Origin: an uncultured Thermoplasmata archaeon
Lineage (GTDB): Archaea; Thermoplasmatota; Thermoplasmata; Lutacidiplasmatales; UBA184
NCBI GenBank assembly: GCA_963787975.1
Contig: CAWBEU010000008.1
Span: 125,369-189,368, forward strand
Length of the DNA stretch: 64,000 nt
Direction of reading: 5' to 3'
Shown here: positions 1 to 9,495 of the stretch, piece by piece
Numbering within the stretch: position 1 is the stretch's first letter
How the letters are laid out: each line of letters opens with the position of its first letter
Translations under genes and position numbers: made by a program
Notes under the pieces: model-generated
What the model was told of the DNA's origin: nothing
Databases searched by the model: none
What the model saw: only the letters and a program-made list of their open reading frames with translations

Positions 1-630
1 GCCGATTGGCTTGCGCCCCCGAAGCTGTAACGTCAGGTCAGTGCCATTCGGCGCCATGACGCGGAGCTCCTTGCCCTTGAAGAGCTTCGCCGAGAGCCGT
101 GCGACGTCGCGCTTGATCGCGGGCAGGTCGGCCTGGATCGAGCCGCGAACGAGTTGCTCCCGCCACGTGGCTCCGTCTACGCGATACCGCGCGGCCGTCT
201 CGTCCGAGGCGTAGCCGAGCATCGAGCGAACGCCACGGAGATGCGCCGCCTTGGCCCGGCGGTACCATTCCTGGTTGTAGGCGATGGCCTGACGGAAGTC
301 CTTGGGATTGGATCGCGCGCGGGCCATGTCGGCGGGGCCCGGGAAGAACACATAGGCCTGAGCTTTCGATAGAGCGGACCATTCGTGACTTCCCACTCGG
401 CCGAGGTCGCGCTTCGAAGCGGCCTCCCAGGTCCGCCAGAAGGTCCGTTCGTCTTCGTAGAACAGGAGTGGGATCGCGCCGCGTCGCCGGGCCTCGGTCA
501 CGCAGGCGGTGGCGTACGGGAGCGTGTGGGTCCACGTTTCGATGATCACGTTCTCGCCGCGCTTCACTCCGAGAGCGGAACCGAGGAGCACCCGGGCCAG
601 CGCCTCGACACCGGAGCCGTTGGTTGCCAT
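1..630 (-). CDS. Aminopeptidase, M29 (AmpS/T-like) family, N-terminal part; runs off the window edge
   Basis: Read manually (absent from the ORF track): ATG at 630, MATNGSGVEALARVLLGSALGVKRGENVIIETWTHTLPYATACVTEARRRGA, a typical M29 N-terminus. TTTAAA TATA lies ~25 nt upstream. Confidence 0.7.
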   Translation of the reverse strand, partial: MATNGSGVEALARVLLGSALGVKRGENVIIETWTHTLPYATACVTEARRRGAIPLLFYEDERTFWRTWEAASKRDLGRVGSHEWSALSKAQAYVFFPGPADMARARSNPKDFRQAIAYNQEWYRRAKAAHLRGVRSMLGYASDETAARYRVDGATWREQLVRGSIQADLPAIKRDVARLSAKLFKGKELRVMAPNGTDLTLQLRGRKPIG

Positions 631-655
631 GGGGGCCGGAAAGCGCTCGCTCCGT

Positions 656-1960
656 TTAAAGCCGCAACCGCACGCCCCGCGAGGACGCCCTCCATCGGCT
701 TACGAGGCTCGACGACAAGTCCAAGGAGCGAGCCCATTCGGTCGCCCACCGGTCGATGAGCGGACCCGCGTCGGCCCACACGGCGGGGTAGTCGACCGCC
801 GCCGAGCGAGCTGGGAACCCCGCCGACCAGCGCGGGTCACCGACCGCGGTACGAACGATCCGCGACACGCGCCGCAGTCGGGAAAAGTCGGCGAGGTCGT
901 GTCGAAGCGAGGGGGAGACCCGGTGGCGCCGCCAGACCTCGAGGAGCGCATCGATCTTCTCCGGACGGTGCCTTCGCGTCCGGGCTCCTCGGTTCATGAC
1001 GCCGTTGAAGTAGAGGAACGGCCCCCCCGCGGTGAGGGCCTCGAGCAGGGTCCGGCTACCGGTGACTAGTCGCAGCTCCGCGGCGCGGAATCTTCGAGCC
1101 CAGTCCTCTGGCGAGGTCGGCTCCACCCATCCCCAGCGGACTCCCGGAGCAGGCGGGAGTTCGAACAGCCGAGGGCCTCGTACCTCAATCTCGACCGGAG
1201 CAGCTCCGGGTATTGGAGGAGGTACGCTCTCGGCCAGTTTCGACGCGAGTCGGTCGGAGGTGGACGGACTGGCATACCAGATCCACCGGCGCCGGACGGG
1301 CCGACGGCGAGCGCTGACAAACGATTCGGGCCACAACGGACCGGTTTGGACGGCCTCGGGAAACTCTCGGCCGAAGGCGCGGGAGGGTCGGAACCCCGTG
1401 AACAGGTGGAGGACGTTGGACCGGTCGAAGGCGCGCCACTTCCGGTACGCGTCGTGGAAGGCCCGAACCTCCCTGGTGGCGGCACGGCCCTTCAGTCGCC
1501 GCGAGATTGCCCGCACAGCAGCGCCCCCTTCCCGCCACCGTTCGCGGGTCTGCTGCCGGCTCGTGAGGGTGCGAGCAAACTCCTCGAGGCTGAGATGGAC
1601 CACGCGGCCGGGCCCGTAGACGTCCTCGATGTCGCCGGTCTCGAGGCTCCATGGTCCGGGCGGTCCCGTCCGCTGGGGGTCGGGCGCGGCGGAGACGCCC
1701 CACCACGGCGTCACGGTGAGCGCGTGGCGGGACCGGGGGACGAGGCGGCGGACCCGACGCACCGAAGGCCAGCCCCAGGGGCCTTCGACCGAGGGAGGAA
1801 GCGGCCGGCCCGACTTCCGATAGAGGAAGGGCCTCCCCCCGAGGCGTTCGAGCCGTCGGCCGACGGCGAGGACCTCCTCGATGTCCCCGAGGCCTCCGCC
1901 AACGACCGCCGGCTGCAAGTAAATGTCGAGCGCCCCGAGGGCGTCGCGGGCCCCGGTCAT
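656..1960 (-). CDS. GT-B fold glycosyltransferase-like protein with collinear resemblance to EarP (GT104)
   Basis: N-terminal LDIY..VVGGGLGDI; LFTGF; C-terminal domain LRLVTGSRTLLEALTAGGPFLY..HRPEKIDALL. ATGA overlap with the upstream GNAT stop. Confidence 0.55.
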   Translation of the reverse strand: MTGARDALGALDIYLQPAVVGGGLGDIEEVLAVGRRLERLGGRPFLYRKSGRPLPPSVEGPWGWPSVRRVRRLVPRSRHALTVTPWWGVSAAPDPQRTGPPGPWSLETGDIEDVYGPGRVVHLSLEEFARTLTSRQQTRERWREGGAAVRAISRRLKGRAATREVRAFHDAYRKWRAFDRSNVLHLFTGFRPSRAFGREFPEAVQTGPLWPESFVSARRRPVRRRWIWYASPSTSDRLASKLAESVPPPIPGAAPVEIEVRGPRLFELPPAPGVRWGWVEPTSPEDWARRFRAAELRLVTGSRTLLEALTAGGPFLYFNGVMNRGARTRRHRPEKIDALLEVWRRHRVSPSLRHDLADFSRLRRVSRIVRTAVGDPRWSAGFPARSAAVDYPAVWADAGPLIDRWATEWARSLDLSSSLVSRWRASSRGVRLRL

Positions 1961-2904
1961 GCCCCGAGGCGGTGCACCAGTGTGTGCAAACGGAACTGCT
2001 CGACGAACCCCAGCGAGTCGAGCAGCGGACGCATTCTCCATTGATGCTCGGGAACCTCGGTCAGCACCCGGGGGGCCTTCTGCGATTCCGCCCACCGAAG
2101 GGCGGTGAGCAGTAGGTCCCGCGCGACCGGCGCGGGGACATCTCCTCCGAACAATGGGGAGGAGAGATTGGCGGCTTGCATGAGGCGACTCACGGTGGAC
2201 CGGAGGAAGCCGACCGGTCGACCGTTGATCTCCGCGACCCACGCTTCCATGTCAGACTCCAGGTTGCGACGGACGGTCCGGGGCACGTGGAAGTCTCCCC
2301 GATGGCGCGGCAGGATCTTCCGGACCTCGGGGGGCATGAGGGCATTGTCCAGCTCCGCCAGCCGCGGCCCGTCGTTCGTGGTGAAGGGGCGGACGCGCGT
2401 GGTGTCGCCGGGGGCGGGGAGCGGAGCCTCGGGGCCCAGCGTTCGGGCGAGCCATACCTGGTCCCGCAGCGGCTGGTACCCCCATCGCTTGTACAAGCGT
2501 ATCGCGGGGTCGTTCTGAGAGAGGACGTCCAGGACCACGTACGGGCGGTGATATTTCCGGCACAGGTCGTCGCAGGCACGGAGCATCGCCTGGGCGTGCC
2601 CCTGCCGTCGTACGGAGGTATCCACAACGACCTGGCTCACATACGCGGTCTCCGGGGTGAAGTTGAGGAGGGTCGTGCCCATCACCTGACCTCCGACGTC
2701 CGCGACGAGCACGATGAAGATCGGCCGGCCGAATAGACGAGCGAGGCCGAGCGCGAACCGGACGCCGAGGCCCTCCGTTTTGCGGAGCACGCCGCCCATG
2801 GCATCGGGATCCAGGCCCAGGAGGGGCATCTCTTTCAGAGGATTGCGCTGCCACAGCGCAGCGACGCCGACCCAGTCCCCCCTCCGGTACTCCCGGACGG
2901 TCAT
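1957..2904 (-). CDS. Tandem-domain GNAT N-acetyltransferase
   Basis: VVVDTSVRRQGHA (motif A) and NDPAIRLYKRWGY, followed by a second degenerate GNAT domain. ATGA overlap with the HEAT gene. Confidence 0.85.
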   Translation of the reverse strand: MTVREYRRGDWVGVAALWQRNPLKEMPLLGLDPDAMGGVLRKTEGLGVRFALGLARLFGRPIFIVLVADVGGQVMGTTLLNFTPETAYVSQVVVDTSVRRQGHAQAMLRACDDLCRKYHRPYVVLDVLSQNDPAIRLYKRWGYQPLRDQVWLARTLGPEAPLPAPGDTTRVRPFTTNDGPRLAELDNALMPPEVRKILPRHRGDFHVPRTVRRNLESDMEAWVAEINGRPVGFLRSTVSRLMQAANLSSPLFGGDVPAPVARDLLLTALRWAESQKAPRVLTEVPEHQWRMRPLLDSLGFVEQFRLHTLVHRLGA

Positions 2905-4388
2905 TCGGTGGCCTTCGCACGGGTGGGCGACATGCCCGGGAATAGGTCGCCAAGCGTGGGGGCGATCCGGACGCCGCGGGTTTCCGGGGCCGGCAAACGG
3001 GCGGGTCGGTGGAGCTCGTCGACCGGGAGCCGTTGCCGGGCGGAAGTCAACGCGTGTTCGATGGCCCGGTCCGGATATCGCTGGTGGAGGCGGCCGAGGG
3101 CCTGGACCACCGCGTCGAAGATCCGGTCCTTGGCATCGCTCTGGAGCATCACCGCGCCGTCGCCCTGGGCGAACGTGGCCGGGCCTCCGGGCGGCGCCAA
3201 CGGATCCTCCAGCAGGGTGAGGAGCAGGTCCCGGCTTTCTCGGTCCCCGAGATGCCCGACGGCCCACACGGCCGCGAGCCGCACCTCGGGGTCGGGATCT
3301 CGGAGGCGCTCTCGGATCTGCGGCGCCGCATCGACCAGTCCGAGACGGCCGAGGGCGTAGACCGCCCCGCGCCGCGGCCACATCTCCTTATCGTTCAGCA
3401 GTGCCAGCAACCGGTCCCGGTCCTCGGGCGCCCCGACCTCGCCGAGGCATTCGGCCGCGGCGCCCCGGACCGACCAGACAGGGTCCTGAAGGTGCTCACG
3501 TGCCGGGGCCGCGGCCTCGGGCGCGGAGAGGTCCCCCAGTGCGTGGAAGGCGCAGACCCGCGACCAACTGGTCTTGTGGGAGGCGAATCCGAGGAGCGTG
3601 GGGATCGCCGCTCGGTCCCCGATGCGGCCCAGCGCCACCAGTATCGCCGGAAGCACCCGAATATCCGGCTCCACGCGGAGCCGTTCCAGGAGCATCGGAA
3701 CCGCCGCCCGGTCCTCCCGCTCTCCCAGTCCGACCGCCGCTCCGATACGGACTCGCAGGGCCGGGTCGGCGAGGAACGGCCGGAGCAATTCCCCTACGTT
3801 CGGAGGATTCAGATGGGCTAACGCGAGGAGCGCCTCGCGCCGGACGCGGTCGTTCGGGTCGCCCCGGGCGAGGGTGAGCGCGGCGATCGCTCCGGGCCCA
3901 CCCGCTCGGCCGAGCGCCACCGCGGCGCTCCACCGGACCCCCGGATGCTCGTCGTCCAGCCGCGCGATGAGCGCCGGTGCGGACCGAGGATCGGCGATCG
4001 CCCACAGTGCCCAGGCCGTCTGTTCACGGACCCGGGCGCTCGAGTCCAGAAGGGCGTGCTCCAGCGCGGGACGGCTCTGCGGATTGCCCAAGGCTCCGAG
4101 CGACCCGGCCGCCTGTGCCCGCACGGCCGGCTCCGGGTCCTTGAGCGCCCGTTCGAGCGCCCGTCGGCTCTGATGCACCTTCAGGTGACCCAGCCCCCAG
4201 GCCGCCGCCTGGCGCAACACCGTCTCGGTGTCGTCGAGCCGTTCGGCGAGCGCCTCCGGGTCCGTGTCTCCGCCCCGGTCGATCCAGTCGCGGATCTCCC
4301 GGAGGCGCTCGGCCACCGGCCGGTCCGCGCCGGTCCCCGGCCCGGCCGATCGCTTTCGGGACGAAGGCTTCCGCCGAGCGGGGGGCAT
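2901..4388 (-). CDS. HEAT/PBS-lyase repeat protein
   Basis: About a dozen ~31-aa repeats of type L.D.d..VR..AA.ALG. TTAAT TATA-like element ~25 nt upstream of ATG 4388. Confidence 0.9.
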   Translation of the reverse strand: MPPARRKPSSRKRSAGPGTGADRPVAERLREIRDWIDRGGDTDPEALAERLDDTETVLRQAAAWGLGHLKVHQSRRALERALKDPEPAVRAQAAGSLGALGNPQSRPALEHALLDSSARVREQTAWALWAIADPRSAPALIARLDDEHPGVRWSAAVALGRAGGPGAIAALTLARGDPNDRVRREALLALAHLNPPNVGELLRPFLADPALRVRIGAAVGLGEREDRAAVPMLLERLRVEPDIRVLPAILVALGRIGDRAAIPTLLGFASHKTSWSRVCAFHALGDLSAPEAAAPAREHLQDPVWSVRGAAAECLGEVGAPEDRDRLLALLNDKEMWPRRGAVYALGRLGLVDAAPQIRERLRDPDPEVRLAAVWAVGHLGDRESRDLLLTLLEDPLAPPGGPATFAQGDGAVMLQSDAKDRIFDAVVQALGRLHQRYPDRAIEHALTSARQRLPVDELHRPARLPAPETRGVRIAPTLGDLFPGMSPTRAKATE

Positions 4389-4443
4389 CGTCGTCCACAC
4401 TCGACCGTCATTAATGAGGTCGCTCGGTGCCCACCGCCTGCAC

Positions 4444-6757
4444 CTACGCGATCCCTTCGACCCGGTCGTCCAGCCGTCGCTGGTCCAGCGACTCGGAGGA
4501 GCGGTACCGGCCCAGTTCCTTCTCCGAGGAGAGCCCCCAGCGGGCGAGGAGCGCCTCGCGACGCACCCCCATCGGCGCGAGCAGCGTTTCCGCCGACCGG
4601 GCCAGGAGCTCCAGGTACGCCACGGGGTCGTACGGCTCGTCGCCCTTCAGCGCCTCGGCGACCACCACCCGGTCCCGCCACGACCGGGCGGTGCGATCCG
4701 CCACGAGATACCGTATCGTCTCGCCCGGCGCACGCGCGATCCCGTGATGGGCCAGCTGCCGGAGCGCGGCGACCGAATCGCTGAACGTCACGTAGGCGCC
4801 GAGCTCCTGGACGATCCGCCGGGCGATCAGGAGCTCCTCGCGCGGCCAGGTGCCGTCCCGGATCCGCTCGGCGAACGCGTCGGCGCGGGCCAGCGCCCGC
4901 GGAACCGACGCGCGGAACTCGTCGGCCGTCCGGGCTTGGCCGAACAGCTGGAGGAGTTCCCCTTCGAACCGGCGGAGCAGGACCGGCGTGTCGTGGCGTC
5001 GGGACCCGATGCCCCGGAGCTTGAACTCGCCCGTGGAGTAGAGCCCGTAGTACCGGTTCGGCACGCCGAGGCCGTGCGTCACCGCCGGCAGAAAAACAAT
5101 CCACCGGTACCGGCCCTCGTAGCCGAGCGGCAGGTCGAACTCCCGGCTCATCGTCTCGGCGAACCGCTCGGGGTCCGGCGGATGGGCCGGGTCGAGGGGC
5201 CGGACCCAGAGCGAGTCGACGATGCCATGGATGACCTGATATCCGCTCCGCTCGGCCCGGTGCAAGAGACCGGCCAGGAGCTCGCGTGCGTAGGCGTTGA
5301 TCGACTCGTGGCACTCGATCCGGCCGAACCGCGCGTTCCGGTAGCCTTGGTAGCCGAAGGCGGTGACCAGGATCCACTTGAGCATCTTCACCCGGCGTTG
5401 GAGGATCTCTCGTTCGGCCGGGGAGAGTCCCGGTTGCCGGAGACGCGCCTTGTAGGCCAGCCGGCGGACCAGGAGCGGCTCCAAGGTCCGGGGAATGAGC
5501 CCGACCCGCCGGTCGCACGACCGGTAGCCGAGCCCGGGCGCCCGGCGACGGGGGTGGGGACAGCACCGGCAATCGAGCGTCTCGGCCGAGAGGTTCTGCC
5601 GAACCATGATGTGCGGGTAGAGGCTCGCGAAATCGAACTCGTCGATGTGATCGTGCACGCCGACGGGTGGTTGGAAGATCGACCCCGCCCCGGTCCCCCT
5701 CGAGGAGTTTCCGGCCGGATTTCCACGCCTCCGGCCGGTTCTTCTTCCACGGGATGTGAACCCCTTCTTCCCGGGCATGTGCCATCTCCATCGCCGTGAA
5801 GCAGGTCCCCGGCGATTGACGCGCGACGGTCTGGAGCGAGAGTCGGGAGAGCCGGGCCGCCTCGATGAGCCCGGGCACCGCCGCATCGCCCCAGAGGAAC
5901 GAGTTCCCGCTGTCGACGTGGAACCGGCCGGGCAAGACGAACGCCGCTTCCCGATGCTCGATCTTTCCGTAACTCTGATACGAGAAGGCGGCCCGGGCCG
6001 GCTGGAATCTCGCCGGCTCGCGGCCAAGGAAGAAAGAGGCCTCGGTGAATCCGACGGCCTGCGCCCGCCGGTACAGCCAGGGAATGTCGCCGCCGTCTCC
6101 CCCGTCGGTGAGGAGCAGGTCCGGGTCCTGCCGGACCACCTCCTCTCGGAGCGCGGCGAGGAGCGCCTCTTCCGGCCCCTCGAGGGTGACATCCCCCAAC
6201 CGGACGGCCGAGATCGGCTCCGTACCGCGGACGAAGCCGTCCCGGCGACAGCCCTGGAGTTCCACCTCGAGCCCCGCCCCGGTCAGCGGAGGAAGGGCGT
6301 AGTCAATCGTCTCCGCCGGTTCGAGCGCGACGACGGTGTCGGCGTCCCACCGTACGGGAGCGAACGGGTAGAGCTGGTGCTCGAGATGGTAGAGATGCGG
6401 CGGGGTCAGGTCCACGTCGTAGAGCTGGAACCGGGTGTACCCGCCCCGGGCATCGATCGTCGTGGCGACCCCGCGACGATCCGGGTTCCGGCGCGTGGTG
6501 ACCGATAGGACCCGACGCGGCCGCCGGTCGTAGAGCGATGGCCGGAGGACCTGGAATTTAACCTCGGCGACCCGGAAATCCTTCTCTAGCTCCCGGGCAA
6601 GCTCCGCGAGGTCGGTCCGGGCTCCGTCGACCCAGAACGGCGGAAGGAACGGCTCGGCACGCCGGGTGATCGTCCCCCGGGCGCCGTCCTTCAGCCAGAG
6701 GACGACCGAGGTTCCGTCGCGCCCTTCGGTGACATCGAGGATCCAGCCCTCCGCCAT
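4444..6757 (-). CDS. polB2: Family B DNA polymerase, PolB2 group; one frameshift near 5685, probably a sequencing error
   Basis: GWILDV N-terminus and DRGG in one frame; IFQP..DFASLYP, KWILVTAFGYQG and HGIVDS (PolB2-type motif C) in another. The shift sits in a G run. Confidence 0.9.
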
Positions 6758-7053
6758 CGGCGCGTCCTCCGGGTCGGTCGACCGCTCGGCGCGACCGGAC
6801 GACGAGGAGGGGCGGGCGGCGACGCCTCAGTGCCCTGTCGCGTGCGGAGGTCGAGGAGAATCGAGAGGAAGATCGTCTCGGTGAGGTCCGGTGTGCCGCC
6901 GTACGTCGACTGCGGAATGTACCGTCGCACGGAGGTGCGGAGTTCCTCGAGCGCGGTGCGTTCCTCCGGCGTGGGCAGAAGGGCGGCGAAGCGATCCCAC
7001 CGCTTCAGCCGTTCCTCGAGTGCCTGCCGATAAGTGGGAGCGGTGCGGCCCAT
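6691..7053 (-). CDS. Small PolB2-associated protein (arCOG07300-like)
   Basis: MGRTAPTYRQALEERLKRWDRFAALL matches the small protein usually found upstream of PolB2. GGAGGTGA Shine-Dalgarno precedes it. The 3' end is uncertain. Confidence 0.75.
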   Translation of the reverse strand: MGRTAPTYRQALEERLKRWDRFAALLPTPEERTALEELRTSVRRYIPQSTYGGTPDLTETIFLSILLDLRTRQGTEASPPAPPRRPVAPSGRPTRRTRRWRRAGSSMSPKGATEPRSSSG

Positions 7054-7871
7054 GGGTTCACCTCCTGCGTCGCGTCGGGCGGCGTGAATTCTTCCAGACC
7101 CCGTTGACCGGGTGCCCGGTGAACCATCAGTAGACGGCGACCTTCCCGGGCCGACCCGAGCTCGACGCCCGCGGGTCGCGGAATCAATCGCACGAGGTCG
7201 GAGAACCGGGGACCCAATTCGGCCAATCCGGGAAACGCGGCGAATCCCCCCGACACCGTGAGGAGTAGAGGAAGTCCGGTCCCTTCGACCAGTTCCGCGA
7301 GTTGTTTCGCCACGTAGCGGAGCAACGGCTCACGCTCCTCGGCCGGAAGTTCCTCCGGATTGTCGAACAACGCCGGTAGCTCGTGGCCGATGAGGAGCGT
7401 GGGCCGACGGCGACGGGCCTCGACCGACCATCCATCGACGAGCGCGACCAACTGGTAGGCCGTGAAGGCCCGGGCCAGGTGAATTCCTTCGAGGACCGGG
7501 TCGGGCTCGAGTCCGAGCGCCTGCCCCTGTTCGGCGATGCGATAGGGATTGAACCGGTTGGCACCTTCGAGGAGCGAGATCCGGCCTTTGGCGAGCGCGC
7601 TGCCGGCGTAGAGCAGCTCGAGCAACCGATCGATCGCGGAGGAAGCGCCGGTCCAGACCGCTGCTTCGCCGGGAGCGAAGCGTTTCCCGAGCCAGCCGAA
7701 GAGTGCGGGAGCGTCCGGGAGCACCCGCCGGGCCGGCAATCGGCGACGGATCCGTACCGGAACTCGCGGGGCCGGTCCGGCCGGACCGGTCGGGATCGAT
7801 ACCGGCCCCGACGCCGGTACCAGGTCGGGTATGGCCCACGTCGAGTGGGATGAGACGAGCGCCGTCGCCAT
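7005..7871 (-). CDS. Inactivated RadA/RecA-like ATPase of the PolB2 cassette
   Basis: EGANRFNPYRI..IHLARAFTAYQL RadA-like core; Walker A lysine absent; QRGLEEF PIP-like tail; first gene of the cassette. Confidence 0.8.
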   Translation of the reverse strand: MATALVSSHSTWAIPDLVPASGPVSIPTGPAGPAPRVPVRIRRRLPARRVLPDAPALFGWLGKRFAPGEAAVWTGASSAIDRLLELLYAGSALAKGRISLLEGANRFNPYRIAEQGQALGLEPDPVLEGIHLARAFTAYQLVALVDGWSVEARRRRPTLLIGHELPALFDNPEELPAEEREPLLRYVAKQLAELVEGTGLPLLLTVSGGFAAFPGLAELGPRFSDLVRLIPRPAGVELGSAREGRRLLMVHRAPGQRGLEEFTPPDATQEVNPWAAPLPLIGRHSRNG

Positions 7872-7892
7872 TCCTCGAGACACGATAAAGCC

Positions 7893-7926
7893 TCGAACGA
7901 TACGAGCGGTTCGATCGCATCTTAAG
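7893..7926 (-). promoter_or_regulatory. TATA (CTTAAG) plus palindromic operator candidate TCGAAC-N10-GTTCGA upstream of the PolB2 cassette
   Basis: Perfect 6-bp inverted repeat at 7893-7914; CTTAAG at 7921-7926. Confidence 0.4.
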
Positions 7927-8019
7927 CCGCTGCACGGGGGACCTGAAACGGTCCGAGACACCAGCGTTTCAGCGGATGCGTCGTCTCGACCCCCGATGTG
8001 CCGCGGCCTGACGGGGGAC

Positions 8020-9492
8020 CTACCAGACCATCCGGCCATGTCGGGCGAGGGAGATCTCGCGTACGGTACGGCGCCGCGTGAGCCGCCACCCCACAAAAGC
8101 TGCCCAGACGCGGCCCTTCGCATCCCGTTCGAAGCGCATGTAGCCCTTTCGGCCGCGCCGGCCCTCGATGAACTCGTCGTGCCCGTTCGGGGTCACGCGA
8201 ACGTTTCGCTGCGTGAACTCGATGCCGATGAAGTCGAGGCGGAGACCGGTCCGGATCGGCCGGGTCCGGAACCAGATCCCCTCCCCCGAGCAATAGTAAC
8301 CGGCGTACTCTCCGAACGTCGAGGGCTTCGGAAGATGCGGCGGAATGTCGACCAACGGCTGAGCCAGTGGCCGGTGCACGAGGAAGTTGATTCCCGCTTG
8401 GACCGCGAGCCTCGATTCAGCTCCGCCCAGATTGGCCAACGCAATTGAGGTGATCCCCCGTTTCGGAAGCACCGCCACCAGCGACGAGACGCCCTTGAGA
8501 CCTCCGGAGTGAGAGACCAGGGGCCCGCCCGGGAAGTCGGGCTGGACGGCAAGCCCGTACCCGTAGAAAACGCCCGGCGAGACGGGCACGTGGGGGCGCG
8601 TCATCGCCCGGACGCTCGCCGGGCTCACGATCGCGGTCCGACCCACGCGGCCCCCGGTCCGGTAGATCTCGAGATACCGCGCGAGGTCGTCCAAGTTGGT
8701 ACGGAGGGCTCCGGCCCCGCGTAAGCACGTGTCCTCCCACCAGTCCTGCGAGGCAACCCAGCCCTTCTTCCGAGGAGGAAGGGGCGGTGAGTAGAGCGTC
8801 GTGACCTCCGGAGAGCGCAGCATGATGCCGGTGTCGAACGTGGTCGAGCACATCCCGGCGGGGCGCAAGATCTGCTCTTCGAGGAAGCTCTCATAATGGC
8901 GGCCGCTGACGCGCTCGATTACGGCGCCGAGCAGACCGAACCCCTCGTTGGAGTAGCTGAAGTATTTCCCCGGCGGGCCCAACAGCTCGTATCGCGTCGT
9001 ACGGAGGTACTCCATCAGTTGCTCGTAAGTGTCGATCGGCGCATGGTCGGGGTCGATCCCGACCTTTCGAGAGACCCGAGGGTCGTTGACAGGGCTCCGC
9101 GCCAGGCTTCGGCCCGAGGTGTAGTAGATGGAAGGAAGTGGCGGGAGCCCGGACGAATGGGTGAGAAAGTGGTGCAGCTGAATCCGTCGCGTCCATCGGG
9201 GATTGGGTGTGCCGAATTCGGGAAGGTGACGGACCACCGGGTCGCTGACCCGCAGCCGGCCCTCCTCCTGGAGGCGAAGGATCCCGAGGGCCGTGAACGA
9301 CTTGGTGACCGAGGCGATGCCGAACATTGTCTGGGGCGTCACCGGAAGGCCCTCGGCCACGTCGCGGTACCCGTACCCCTTCGCGACGATTCGCCGACCG
9401 TTCTGGGCGAGCAGGAACGCGAGCCCCGGGATCCGATGCCGGCGAACGGCCTTTCGGATGAACGTGTCGAGAGGCCGAAGGTTGGGAGGCAT
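8020..9492 (-). CDS. Serine hydrolase, beta-lactamase/peptidase S12 family
   Basis: SVTK (SxxK), YSN and HSGG motifs; LTHSSGL. Confidence 0.92.
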   Translation of the reverse strand: MPPNLRPLDTFIRKAVRRHRIPGLAFLLAQNGRRIVAKGYGYRDVAEGLPVTPQTMFGIASVTKSFTALGILRLQEEGRLRVSDPVVRHLPEFGTPNPRWTRRIQLHHFLTHSSGLPPLPSIYYTSGRSLARSPVNDPRVSRKVGIDPDHAPIDTYEQLMEYLRTTRYELLGPPGKYFSYSNEGFGLLGAVIERVSGRHYESFLEEQILRPAGMCSTTFDTGIMLRSPEVTTLYSPPLPPRKKGWVASQDWWEDTCLRGAGALRTNLDDLARYLEIYRTGGRVGRTAIVSPASVRAMTRPHVPVSPGVFYGYGLAVQPDFPGGPLVSHSGGLKGVSSLVAVLPKRGITSIALANLGGAESRLAVQAGINFLVHRPLAQPLVDIPPHLPKPSTFGEYAGYYCSGEGIWFRTRPIRTGLRLDFIGIEFTQRNVRVTPNGHDEFIEGRRGRKGYMRFERDAKGRVWAAFVGWRLTRRRTVREISLARHGRMVW

Positions 9493-9495
9493 CGG

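Noticed and set aside
2901-4388. HEAT-repeat protein as deoxyhypusine hydroxylase (tempting next to an EarP-like gene)
   Set aside because: None of the His-Glu (RHE) di-iron motifs of DOHH is present.
5670-5700. Programmed frameshift or pseudogenisation of polB2
   Set aside because: A single extra base in a G run with both halves intact; similar isolated indels in DUF169 (~27470) and nadC (~44255) point to consensus errors.
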